Shown here in pieces: positions 38,582-51,390 of a DNA stretch of 64,000 nt. The DNA is taken from the NCBI RefSeq assembly GCF_036971445.1, contig NC_091471.1:119598001-119662000 (forward strand), read 5' to 3'. The stretch's first letter is position 1. Each line of letters starts with the position of its first letter. The translations under genes and the position numbers were made by a program. The stretch comes from Narcine bancroftii (Eukaryota). The notes beneath the pieces are model-generated. The model was not told the origin of the DNA, ran no database searches, and saw nothing but the letters and a program-made list of their open reading frames with translations.

Positions 38582-39264
38582 GGAAACATGGAGCAAATTA
38601 GGCACTTGAGGAGTTAGGCACAAATTAGGCACTCAAGAAAACCTCACGAGAAATCAGGAAGGCTAAATAAAAGAAGTCAAATAGTGTCTTTGATAGACAA
38701 TGTGAAGGTAAAGGTCTATTAAGAGTGAAAGAATAAAAAGGGAAAAAAATTGTCCCCTTAAAGATCAGAGTGGTTGGCTTTGTATGGAGCCAAAAGAGAT
38801 GGGGATGATCTTAAATGTTTTATTTTTAATCAGTATTCACTCAGGAAATGGCCACAGAGTCATGGGAAGTAACAAGAAAGAGCAGTGAGGTCATGGAATC
38901 TATGCAGATTAAAGACAAGGAACTCTTTGCTGTCTTAAAGCAAATAAGGGTGAATAAATCCCTAGAGACTGAAAAGATATTCCCTTGGACCTTGAGGGAA
39001 GATAGTGGAGAAATTGCCGGGGAGCTGTCAGTACTCCCCGAGTCTATTAGGCAATCGAGAGTCTCAACATTCACCATTCACAGAATCAGGGCCAATGACT
39101 GAATAGGGATAGACAACATGGCTTTGTGTGTGGTAGTTCAAGTTTAACTAATCTTATAGAGTTATTTGAGGCGGTCACCATTTAAGTTGATGAAAGAAAG
39201 GCTGTGGATGTTGTCTACACGAACTTTAGTAAGGCCTTTAACAAGGACCCACATCAGAAGTTAG

Positions 39265-39590
39265 CACGGTCGATGCCAGGGGTGGAGGGCACTTAGCAGG
39301 CATAGCCCTTCCTTGCGAGGTGCTGTTCCCCCATATGCTGACAACCATCGCTCACTATTAGACCTGCCGCTGCCCATGTCACTAGCATGTGTCAAGCATC
39401 ACTAGTGTTTAGTTTGACGCAAGCTAGTGACTCTCCACGCAATAAAAGCAGCGCTTTTGGCTGCTACGTCAGAGGGACAGAGAAGGTTTACATCTGCTTG
39501 GCAGGTATCCCACCACCAGCACCCCCAACTCCATTGAGCAAATTTATGACTGTTGGACTGTGCCCCACCTGGTTATTCTCGGCTGACCCT
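39265..39590. mobile_element. Unclassified 326-bp insertion
   Basis: Flanked by AGAAGTTAG/AGAGGTTAG (9-bp TSD, one mismatch) inside CR1 RT. Confidence 0.75.
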
Positions 39591-40767
39591 AGAGGTTAGT
39601 CAGGGAGGTTCAGGTATTTGGTATTGATGGTGAAGTAGTGAACTAGATTGAACAATGGCTAGACAGGAGAAGCCAGAGAGTAGTGGTGGTTGTTTGCTAC
39701 TACCACCACTACTCTCTGGCTTCTGCAGTCTAGCCATTATTCAACCTAGTTCACTACTGGAGGCCTGTGATTTGTGATGTGCCTCATGGATCAATGCTGG
39801 GACCTCAAAATTGTTTTCAAAGCTTGCAAAGGGATCTGGACCAGCTGAAAAAATAGGCCCAAAAATGGCAGATGGAATTTAATGAGTCAAGTGTGAGGTC
39901 TTGTGTTTTGGAAGGACAAAACAAGAAAGGACATACACGGTAAAATGTAGGTCACCAAGGAGTGCAGTAGAACAGAGGGATCTGGGAATACAAAATGGTG
40001 TCACTGGTTGACCAGGTTGTAAAGAGAGCTTTTGCCTTATTGACCTTCATAAATCAAAGTGTTGAGTACAGGAGTTGGGATGTTATGGTAAAGTTGCATA
40101 AAGCATTGGTGAGTTCAAATTTGGTTACCTAAATAGAGGAAAGATATCAATAAGATAGAAGAAGTGCAGAGATTTACTATGATGTTGCCCAGACTTCAGG
40201 AACCGAGTTACAGTGAAAGGTTAAACATGATTAGACTTTATTCCCTGGAGAATAGATGAGAGGAATTTTGATAGAGGTTTTTTAAATTATGAGGGGGATA
40301 GACAGAGTAAATATGTGTAGGCTTTTCTCCACTGAGGGTAGGTGAGAAACAAACCAGAGTCATGGGTTAAGGATGAAAGGGGAAAAGTTCAGGGGGAGCA
40401 TGAGAGGTAATATCTTCAAGCAGAGAGTGGTGGAGGTGTGGAACAAGCTGCCAGTTGAAGTGGTGAAGGTGGGTTCCATTTTAACATGTAATAAGAATTT
40501 GGACAGGTACATGGATGGGAGAGGAATGGAGGGCTATGGGCAGGTTGCAGGTCAGTGGGACTAGGCAAAGAAATGGTTTGGCACAGACTAGAAGGGCCAA
40601 GGGGCTATGTTTTTGTGCTGCAATGTTCTATGGTTGTAAAGTACTAGCTGAGTTGCTATAATGTATTGGATTGGGTCCAAAAATAAAGATGGTATTCTAT
40701 TTTAATAATCTCATTATCATTTTTTGCTCTCACTTCGGAGCTGCATCTTGTGGTCTCAATGGATAAA

Positions 40768-41152
40768 TAGAACCATCGAACATCACAGCACAGAAAACAG
40801 GCCATTCGACATTCTAGTCTGTGCCAAACTATTATTCTGCCTAGTCCCAGTCCATAGGCTTCCATACACCTCCCAGCCATGTACTCTCCAAATATTTCTT
40901 CAATGTAAAAATTGAGCTTGCATTCAGCCCTTCAGCTGGCAGTTCATTCCACATTCCTCTTATGTTTCCATTAAGTTCTCCCCTTTCACTCTTAATCCAT
41001 GTCCTCTGATTTGTATCTAACCTACCCTTGGTGAAAAATACATTGCATTTACAATATCTATATACCTCATAATCTTGCATACCTCTATAAAATCTCCCCT
41101 CATTTTTCTTTGATCCAGGGTATGAAGTTCTAACCTGTTTAAACTTTCCCTG
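40768..41152 (-). mobile_element. CR1 3' end
   Basis: WNELPAE motif on minus strand and typical tail. Confidence 0.9.
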
Positions 41153-41829
41153 CCTATTTTATGCTAATTTCTCATGAGTTCAAGGGTATTTCTTCACATC
41201 AATCCATATTATCCAGTCACATTATCAGAATGACAGAACTCCTTTCATTCTGGATGGCATGGTGATGAAATAATCTTTTTCACCAAGAAGTCTGAGCTCA
41301 TTACAAAACTAAGACCAAAAACACAGCACTCTGTAATTAGGACCCCTCTGTGAATTTTGCATGATCAATCAACACATCTCCTCTATTGACTTAATATCTA
41401 TCTATCCCATTAATGGTTACTTCATATGCTCTCCACATGGATTCCTCCTATCCCTCACTTTCCCAATCTCCTCCTTTCTCAGTCTCCCTCAACACTGACT
41501 TCTAACAAACAGCCTAAATTAACTTAGGATTGAGGGTCTACTACAATACATTCTGAGGCAGTTGTTATTGGAACTGCGTTATACAACCATAAATTCTCAT
41601 TGGTCTGGTCATATATTTAATCAGTTATCTCCATCAAAAATACAGCCACTGGTGGTCCTTACTGGGGGAAAGGAAGCTGCTTTCCAGCACTTTAGAAAGT
41701 ATCTCTGATAGCTAACGGTGCCCAATCATTACAACTTCCAAATGACAGAGCTACTCTTCTAATGCCCCTGGCAAGACAAAATCTATATTTTTTTATTGGT
41801 AGCAGAGACGACAATATCATGACAGGCAA

Positions 41830-42128
41830 ATACCATGGAGAGATTTCTGGCTGGTGGCATCACTGTCTGGTATGAAGGCGCCAACTCTCAGGACAAGAAT
41901 AAACTCCAGAGGGTTGTTAACTCGGCCTGCGACATCACAGGCACTAGACTTCACTCCATCAAGGACATCTGCAAGAGGCAGTGTCTTAATAAAACAGCCT
42001 CTAACCTCAAAGACTCCCACAACCCCGGCCATGCCATTTTCACTGTGCTACTGTGAGGAAAAAGGTACAGGGAGCCTAAAGATGAGCACTCAGCAGCAGA
42101 AAGATAGCTTATTCCCTGCTGATTCTGA
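41830..42128 (+). mobile_element. Rex1 3' fragment
   Basis: ERFLAGGITVWY...NKLQRVVNSACDITG; close match to 29423-29715. Confidence 0.9.
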
Positions 42129-42996
42129 ACTTGGCACCTTTCCAAACCAGTTCTGTGCTGAACTGTGTTGATCTCAGGAGATTAAAACAAACGTTCTGAA
42201 ACTGGTTAAGGAACTCTTGTCCCCAAGGACTGACATGTTCATGTAACATCTGTTCAGCCTCCAATGGAATCCAGGAAGCAGCAGTTTATAACAGAATAAA
42301 TGTCACATATTAGTATCAGCTCTTCACTCTAATTTTTTTGCATAGACCCAGTCATAGCTACATTAAAAAGTCCACTGATAGGAAACTAATGTATTTAGAT
42401 GTGTTTTTTTTTCAATGCTAATGAAAAATACATTTGCACTAAACTCTTCTCATTCTACCAGGTATAAAATCACAAATTAATTTAAGCTTTGATGCCAAGA
42501 ATCCTTAAGGAAAATCTACCATTGACTTCAATGTTGGTTTTCTGTTGTTATCAGCACAGTTTCCAATGTTCTGCAGATAAGTTTGATTGCAAGCACTTTC
42601 TTGAAATCACCAATATCCAAATATAGGAGCAGAAATTCTGGCCAACTTCTCTAGATCACCCAGATCTACATATCTTCAGTAGGTACCAAGTAACAGAAAA
42701 AAGAAAGGATCCTCAAATTACATACTGAATCATTGCTCTCAAAAGTTTGATTTCAATTGTCTTTGGAATTTTCGACCAATGTGCATTGTTTACATATTTA
42801 TATCTATATATATACTTGATTATTCTGGAATTGTCCCAAAAATGATGGAAATTTGGACAAATGGAAAATCAGATCTGTGAGGTATCAACAACAGGAAGAA
42901 TAAACAGGGCGTCTGTTTTGCAAAGCACCTCAGTTTTAAGCACAAATACAATTATTTTGGGTTACTTTGATTTGCCATCTTATTCTTACTCTAACT

Positions 42997-43257
42997 CAGT
43001 GGTTCTCATTTTTAAAAAAGTTTGAAAACTACTGTTTTAATCATACCTAATTGATTCATTGTGTGCACGGTTTCATAACTCAAAAGGAAATGGGCCAATG
43101 ACAATTTCTCTCAAGCAAAATATTTCAATAACTATTGGGTCTGGATCAGTGATTCCCAAGCTTCCCTTCCCACTCACATACCACTTTAAAAAATCCCTTG
43201 TTAATCACAGAGTACCGATGGCATAGTAAGTGGAAAGAAAAAGATGGAAAACCACTG
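42997..43257. mobile_element. Composite hAT MITE with TSD
   Basis: Perfect TSD CTCTAACT at 42989-42996 and 43258-43265; outer TIRs CAGTGGTTCTC and GAAAACCACTG; internal TIRs end at 43034 and start at 43147. Confidence 0.92.
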
Positions 43258-43379
43258 CTCTAACTACTTCATCCTCAGAAGCCCAACACAAATCTAAGAA
43301 GCACAACTCACAAAAGAAAAAAAAAAGACTTTTCAGGCACAAATACTCTGTACTTTGCTTGAGGCACCACTGCTGCAAT

Positions 43380-43900
43380 GTCCTGCAATGCTTATAAACA
43401 TCATACACCCTAGAATTGTCCTTATTTCCTTAAAGGGAAACAAGTCCCTGGTCCAGATCACAAGATGAGTAGATACAAAGTTTCAGGCTGGTATGGCCAG
43501 GGTAGATCAGGGTGCCAAACATGTCAGATTATAATCTCAGAGGATAGGTTAGGGATTGGAAGGCCATTACTGTACTGGATCAAGTATTGAGGATCTATTT
43601 AAGTTCTGTTCTCGTAAAGTCACCTTTCAGCCAATCCCTCTCAAATTTTGTTATCAGGGTGTAATGGATGTCCAAAGCATCTTCACCCATTACGTGCAGA
43701 AATATAGGGACTTTCCATTTTCCATCAATCTCTCCAATTTCACCAGCTTCTAAATAAATGTGGAATCGCTGTTTGAAGCATTTACAATTATTGGCTAGAT
43801 TGCCTATAAACTGCATCTGTGTGGGAGGACTTCACTTATCAATACTCATGAACTTTTGTCTACTTTTACTCACTCAGACAGTTCTGACACCATGTTATGC
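43380..43900 (-). mobile_element. Gypsy gag remnant
   Basis: ORF 43595-43816 GNLANNCKCFKQRFHIYLEA...LHVMGEDALDIHYT parallels the gag N-terminus at 55150-55380. Confidence 0.65.
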
Positions 43901-44579
43901 TTGTTCTTTCAAGATTAACACTCAACCAACCTCCAAGGAATCATGACTGCAACTGCCATCATATTACACTTCCTGTTTCTGCCCGACCATAGCACATTAG
44001 ATGCTGGTAAATGAAGTTCCTATTTACACACATAACACAATTATCACTCGCTGAGAGATGGTGAATGGGCAGGAAATTGGTGGGGGGGGGGGTTGTGGGT
44101 TGGAATGGAAGGGAGGTTGGAAATTCAGGAGAGACGATCTACGTTGGATATTATGCCCATCAAGGGATTTACAGCTAATCACATCAGTTGCATGAAAGAC
44201 CTGAAAGGAAAACAATGAGTTCATGCGATTGAGGAATAACGGCATTGATTAATTCTAGATTACGCCAAACTCCTTTCACATGTCACTTTAATTATCATTT
44301 CACATTCATTTGAACCTATAATAATACATAAATAGGACCACCTCCAGGAAAAGTATTGATTTAAACATATCCATTAATTCTTTACTTGTCCGATTACTAA
44401 CTTCAGGTTCCTGGTGACATCATCCATTTTCATATTCGATTTTTCTAGTATTCCACCCGATCACTGACCTTCCTTTTTTGTTTGCTTAACCCTCTTTCTC
44501 AGCACTATGTCACTTGTTTATCTCTAATACTTTGAATTTTTGCCAAAAAGGTTACTGGAGAGAAAAAAAAATGGAAACA

Positions 44580-44850
44580 GTACTGCCGTGATGGCAGTGC
44601 TGCCGCTGGTGCAGACCCGGGAGAGTGGGGAGCGGAGACACGGTGCTGCTCCACAGGGTCCTATCACAGGAGGCGAATCCAGGACACTCAGTATTTCTGA
44701 AGGGATTCTCTTTTGCTTCTCTTTCTGCTTTTGTTTGGGGCACTGGGTGACTCTTTGTTTGCCTTATGACAGACAGAAGATGAAGTATATAATGTATGTT
44801 ACATTTTCAATATATTATTATGTGACAATAAGAGGAACCTTTGAACCTTT
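44580..44850 (+). mobile_element. Short non-autonomous retroelement
   Basis: GC-rich head, then tail TGTGACAATAAGAGGAACCTTTGAACCTTT. Confidence 0.55.
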
Positions 44851-45929
44851 TATCCAAAATATTAACTTTGCACTTTTATTCTCTCTTCAAATGCTGCTCA
44901 ACATGCTTGCTATGATCTTTTATTTTTCCCCAAAGTTTCATTATGAAATTTGACCTCACTTCCAGTCCACAATAAAATGACCATCTGAAGCTAAAGTTTC
45001 TGGAGAAAATAATTTGCTTATACATTTACTGTAACACACGTTATCTAATATACAGTAAAGGCCATGGATAGAAGAGGGTCAAACTGTATAGGCTGAGGTG
45101 TGTTTTGGAAGGAAACCCCACCTGGTTTTCAAAACTCATCTCAGAATTTCAATGCTTAAGTGTGTGCCTTTTGGCCTGACATGATCTACTGACAACATGT
45201 TGCCTGATTTAGACATGTGGAGAATAACCATGACATGGAGGAAGTAGAGGGTTGGGAGATCTGATCTATAATCTGCGATCGGCAGGGGAGTAGGCAGATT
45301 GAGATTGCAAGCAGCACAATACAGGAGGTATCATTGATGTGATTTTTCTGAGGATCATGAATCCTTTCAGTCCTATCCCATTTTGGGAATGGGAATACTT
45401 AAAGGCCTTAAATTCCAGTTATTTCACTTCCAAGATAATAGATTTCCACATCTAAAAGTAGTGGAATTTTTAAAAAAATAAATCCCAAAGGGGGAATTTA
45501 GAGGTAAGTGCCTCATCCACATGAGCTGGATGTTCACACATCATTTAAATAAGGGTTTTGGATGGGTTATAATTCAGTTTATCATATGTTTTCTGCAGTT
45601 CAAAGTAAAGCTAAATACCAGCAAAGCCACAGACTCTGCTTGGCAGATTAACTGATGAAAATCAATCACTTTATAAGGCTTTGATTAGAAAGGGTTAACC
45701 TTGATTAGTAAAGGTTATGGGAAGAAGGCAAAAAATGGGGTTGTAAGGAAAAATACATCAGCAATGGTTTGAAATGTGCAACAGATTTGATTTTGCTCTT
45801 AGTCACCCTTTTATTATCAAGGTAATTTGCATATCTTTCATAGATTTACCCTGTGCTCAAAACTCAATGAAATCCTTGTGCTCTGGTGCTTTCCAGTCTG
45901 ATGTCTGGGAACTGAGAGAAACTCGATTC

Positions 45930-46465
45930 TTTAGTTTAGTTTAGTTCAGTTTAGTTTATTTATAGTGCACATTTAGAATAACTCACATTGACCAAAGTGA
46001 TGTACAAATCATAAATTACATCTCCACTTAAGCAGCTATTTAAAGAGCAGTATAAAACAAGTACCTGAGGTTCAGAATTGTACATACAACATGGTAACAA
46101 TCAACAATCATCTCATAACGCATGCGAGTAAAAATATAACTTCAACCTGGATTTAAAAGAGTTAAAGGAAGGGGTTAATTTGATGGAGGGAGGAATGCTG
46201 TTCCACAGTTTAGGGGCTGAAATAGCGAAGGCGTGATCTCCCCTAAGTTTGTGATTTGAATGCGGAACAGCCAAACACCCTATATTGGCAGCTCTGAGGG
46301 GTCTTGAAATGGAGTAGGGCATTAGGAAATTGATGATGTAGGAGGGGCATAGTCCATTCAGGACTTTCTAAGCAAACTAGAGAACTTTAAAATCTATTCT
46401 GAGCCATACTGCAGCCAGTGAAGAGAGGCCAGAATAGGGGTGAAATTGTCCCTCCTCCTGGCTTC
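45930..46465 (-). mobile_element. L2 LINE 3' end
   Basis: PYSISRPLRA...LAVP...RGDHAFAISAPKLWNSIP...FKSRLK, an L2 C-terminus; (CTAAA)n tail. Confidence 0.9.
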
Positions 46466-46479
46466 TTTACATATTATTC

Positions 46480-46795
46480 GCTGGTACTGTGTTTTGTGGC
46501 AGGGGTAGGACAGAATGGGGGGGGGGGGGTCTTTTTTTTCTATTTTCCTTTATAAGTAGAAGAGTTTAGTCTAATTAGATATCCAACAATGAATATGTTG
46601 TGATATTAGAATATGAGGTGAAGTTTTCATAAGGGAATTTCCATTTTATTCGTGCATTGTGTACAAGACAATGTATCAATTACTTATGATTCATATTCTG
46701 TACTGCATTATATAAAAGTTATATAACTAATATGAAGACAATATATAATGTAATATTTCTCTACAAATCAATAAAAATATTTTTAAAAGAAAATA
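46480..46795 (+). mobile_element. L1-like 3' UTR remnant
   Basis: Ends CAATAAAAATATTTTTAAAAGAAA, like 26100-26132. Confidence 0.45.
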
Positions 46796-49054
46796 AATTC
46801 TTACATGAAGTTATTCTGCCATGTCTCTGATTTTACTCAAAAGCTTGAGTGTGTCCCTTCTTATTTTACAAGAGTAAGCAAGAGATAGTCTGTTTCTTCA
46901 CAGCACAGAAAGTGAAGAAGTACAAGCAGCCATTCTGAGTAAGTTGCTTGTGCTTTGAGCACTGGAATTAATCTAGTTGCCTATGCTAGTCTCTTGCTAT
47001 ATGACACTGCTGTGTTCAGCCTGCCAAGAACCATAATAATCAACACTATTGTCGATCAGTTCACTTACAATTAGAGAGAAGCTGATGAAATTACAGAAGG
47101 GTTAATAAACAGGTGTACCAATTTCAAAGCTATACCATGGAAACCTGAACACGGGTCAATTTCAGCACATTCTAATTCATTAGTAAAGTGATTGGCATTC
47201 AAGCTTTCTTTAGTAATGTGCTAATGTGCCACTTGTTTCAGTTTCCCATGCATGGCTGAAGTCACTAAGCGACATGACTTGGTACTTGTGTTTGAAGTTC
47301 TTCCTTCCACTTAACTATTGACAGCCCTTGCATATGGAAACCAATCTACAATTTCAACATTTGTTATCAACCATACACACATAAAACTATGCAGATGACA
47401 AAAGTCTGAAATAAACAGGAAAAATAGTGCAAATACTCGACAGTTAAGTCAACTTCCATGAATATATAAACAGATATAATGCTACAGGTCTTTGAAAGAA
47501 TGGTATTTCAAAGCACCTTATTAATTAAAGAACATAGGATCACTGATTACCCCCTTGTCTATGTGACTTTGATCCCCTTCTGGCCAAAACTCTTTTGGAT
47601 GAATGTCAAGAAAAACTTTGTTTTGGTCACAATGTTTATAGCTTCCTTGGACAAGAAAAAGAGCTGCTTCTTCTGCTAAAGATAAGCCCTTGGGCTCTAG
47701 CACTGAAGGGAGTGTAATATTGGTTAGGAATAATCATAATTCCTTTAAAGCTTTTACCTTTTTTAAGAATTATGCCAGGTAACTATTAGTCTACAGGATT
47801 TAATAGCAATATAGTACATAATGGCAATACATTTATGAAATATTCCCAAACTGACAAATGTCTTGTTCAGTTAAATACTGGAGAAGTTACAAAATCATTT
47901 CAACTTAGTACCATCAGAGACTATGGAAAATTATAAGTTTAGAAAGGGGCAACAAGAGATCAGGACTGATGATTAGTGACCACAGTTGCCCAAAAAGATT
48001 TTTTTTTATGGCAGTTTCTAAATGTTTCTTGATCATATGCTAACAGTTAGAGTTGTGTGTGGGCATACTGGATGAGCATACTCAATGCAAGTTACTTAAT
48101 ACACAAGAGTTAATATTTATGTGGTCATGCAAAACATATTTATCAACTTGGTCTCTGAAAATATAAAGGTGTTTCAGAAGGTAAAGAATGTTACAGGTTA
48201 CAGACCAAGTGGGGGATCTCCAATATTAAGTCTGAATCATGTGAATGTGAGTGGTACAGCAGGAAATCTTGTTGCTGTTGTAAATGCAATCATTCAGTAC
48301 AGGTCTGTCAGTTCAAAACAGCAAGATATTTCAATTGTCAATAGCAAGAGTGCAGTGCTAACTAAAGGAAAACAAGCCTTAACCATGGGAGCCCAGCACT
48401 GATGAATGTAAAGGCATAATTACAATTGAATATCACAGAAACAAGGTTTACCTAACATCGAGGAGTGTATTTCAAACAGTATACATCCCATGAAAGTGAT
48501 TGAAAAGGAAATAACAATTTCAAAATCAAAGGTTAATAACTATGGTATGAAAACTGAATTGGCCGCAAGCTGTTACATTATGACAAAGACATGCATAACC
48601 AGAACTTTAGGGAAATGACACTACCAGAAGCACATTATAATGCAGAACATACTTTAATGACTCCATGGGAGTATCAGGATAAATGGATAGTGGCTAATTA
48701 TCTCAACAGACTGAGTCAGGTAGGAAGAGAACCATTTGAAACAGGAGATAATAGATTAGAAAAAAATGTATTCAGTGTAAGCATTTCTTCCCTATATTAA
48801 AAAAATGTTTCTGGAAGAACACAATATTTATAGATGCATACATAGGCATCAAGGGCCAAACTCATAAAAAATGAAATGGCATTTCTATTTTGCCAAGTTA
48901 TAATCAATTAATGGGTTTTATGAACTACCATTAGGTAATTAAAATGAAGGATGATTTCAATCAATTTATGTTTTTGTTAAAGGTGAATAGGCAGGGGTGG
49001 GGAGGAAGTTGTGAGAGAGTACAAATAAAAAAAAAAGTTAAATTAAAAAAAAGA

Positions 49055-49367
49055 GTGGCACAGTGGCTCTGTAAAAAGTGCCACTGGCTTACAGTGATTA
49101 AGGTGTAGGTTTACTCCGGATCTTGGATGCTGTCTGTGTGGAGTTTACATGTTCTACTTGTGATACATGGTTCCTAGTTTTCTCCCATATCTCAAAAAAC
49201 ATGGGGTTGGTGGGATAATTATTTACTCTGAATTCCCCTTGGTGTGCTAGTGAATTGTGATTCTGGAGGGAAGTTAATCAACTTGGGAGAATAAAAAAAT
49301 GTGTTTGCAGTAGAATTGGTGTACATGAGTCAGCAAAGACTTAGTGGACCAAAGGACCTGTTTCTAT
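49055..49367 (+). mobile_element. V-SINE
   Basis: GTGGCACAGTGG head; GCTGTCTGTGTGGAGTTTACATGTTCT core; CR1-like tail GGACCAAAGGACCTGTTTCTATG. Confidence 0.75.
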
Positions 49368-49394
49368 GGTGTCTTCCTTCATAACTCCATGCCA

Positions 49395-51390
49395 TGTCGA
49401 TATGTTGTTAAGCAAGACTAATGGATTGGGAAGGAACTCAGATGAGGTTCTGAATGATTACACAAGGATTACAGATTTTATCAAAATAGTTGTGGGTGAG
49501 TTTGTGGACACTAAATCATGCAGGAATTTTCCTAACCAGAAGCCATGGATGAACAATGAAATCTAGAATCTGCTAAGAGCCAGGTCACAGGCATTTAAGA
49601 CCAGAGATCCAGAAAAACTAAATAATGAGCATGTACAATCTCTGAGAACCCATCTCCCAGACAACGTGGAGATTCCAGGTGTGAATGGAAAAAATGAAAG
49701 GTACCCGACATCTGTGGCAGGCCCTAAATGACATAACATGCCACAAATCCAAATACAGTCCAGAAGGAGACAGCAAAGCTTCACTCCCAATTTGACCACC
49801 AGAACAAGGAAGAGCCACTGTGCATCTCCATGTCCCTAATGATCCTCTACTGTCAGTATCCGAGGATGACGTGCAGGCTGCCGTCAGGAAATTATTTGGT
49901 CATAATGGAGTATACGGCCGAGCATGGAAAAACTGTGCTGACCAATATGCCAAGGTATTCATGAATATCTTCAATATCTCAGTCCAGCAGAGTTTAGCAC
50001 CCACCTGCTTCAAACAAACCTCAATCATACCTATGCCCAAGAAGAGCGAGGTAACCTGCCTAAATGACTACCAACCAGAGGCACTTACATTCACAGTGAT
50101 GAAGTGTTTTGAGAGGCTGGTGTTGGACCATATTAGCTCCTGTCTGAGTAGAGACATAGATCTTTTAAATTTCCCCAAGATCGATAGCAAATGGCATCTC
50201 ACTGGTTCTACACCAAGCTCTGGAACACTTAAACAGCAAAGGCTATTAGGATATATATTAGGGTATACTTTATCGACTACAGTTCAGCATTCAACATCAT
50301 TATCCCCTCAAAACTGATCAGCAAAACCTGGGCCTAACATTCCACTCTGTAATTGAATCATGGATTTCCTCACCTCCAGACCACAATCAGTGAGATTGGT
50401 AAAGATATCTTCTCAATTTCCATCAGTACCCAGAGCACCACTGGGCTGCATTCCTAATTCCCTGTTCTACTTGCTTTATATCTATGACAATATGGCTCAG
50501 TATGACAATAACACCATCTACATATTTGCTGATAATACCATGGTAGTGGGTTGTATAAAAATTGCTGATGAGTCAGCATACAGCTTGACTGAATGGTGTA
50601 CCAGAAGAAAAAAATAACACTCAATGTCACCAAAACCAACGAGCTGATTGTGAAATTTAAAAAGGGAAAACCAGAAGTGTATGATCAATGATTATTGGGG
50701 GAATCAGAAGAGGAGAAGGTGAGCAAATTTGCATTCTTAGGACTCACTATCTCGGAGGATCTTTCCTGGACACAGCACACAAATGTCATCAAGAAAAAGC
50801 ACATCAACACCCCTATTTCCTCAGGAGTTTGCAGATGTTTGGTAAAACATCAAAAATTCTTGGCAAACTTCCACAGATATGTTGGGGAAAGTGTGCTGAT
50901 AAATTGCATCACAGCCTAGTAACGGGGCACCAATACCTCTAAGTGGAAAACCCTGCAAAAAGTAGTGGTCACAGCCCAATACATTTCAGGGAAATCTCTC
51001 CCCAACTTCAAGAAAACCTACATGAATTGTAACTGTAGGAGAGCAGCAGCAATCATCAGGAAGCCACACTGCTCAAGACAGGTTCAGGAACAGTTGCTAC
51101 TCCTCCACTATCAAATGCCTAAACAACAAATTCAAATCAGAGACTCTTTGAAGGACTCTTACTTTGCGCATTATTTATTATTGAATATTTATTTTCTGTA
51201 TTGCACAGTTTGTTTACACTTCTTTCTTTATTTACATTTTTCTCTTGCACACATACCTTTCCCTTGAATATAGTTTCTTTTTTGCACTACCAATAAATAG
51301 AAATTCTGCCTGGCCCACAGGGAAAAGAATCTCAGGTTGTATGTGATGCAATGTCTGTACTCTGACAATAAATCTGAACTTTGAACTTTA
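49395..51390 (+). mobile_element. Rex1/Babar LINE
   Basis: FPNQKPWMN, CADQYAKVFMNIFN, CLNDYQPEALT..VMKCFERLV, IFADNT; tail GACAATAAATCTGAACTTTGAACTTT. Confidence 0.93.

Larger units (their letters stand above)
37335..40636 (+). mobile_element. CR1 LINE hosting nested insertions
   Basis: ESSDHN...MEKDRSGP, RT fragments, QRVVEVWNKLP and tail; interrupted at 37643, ~39023 and 39265. Confidence 0.93.
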
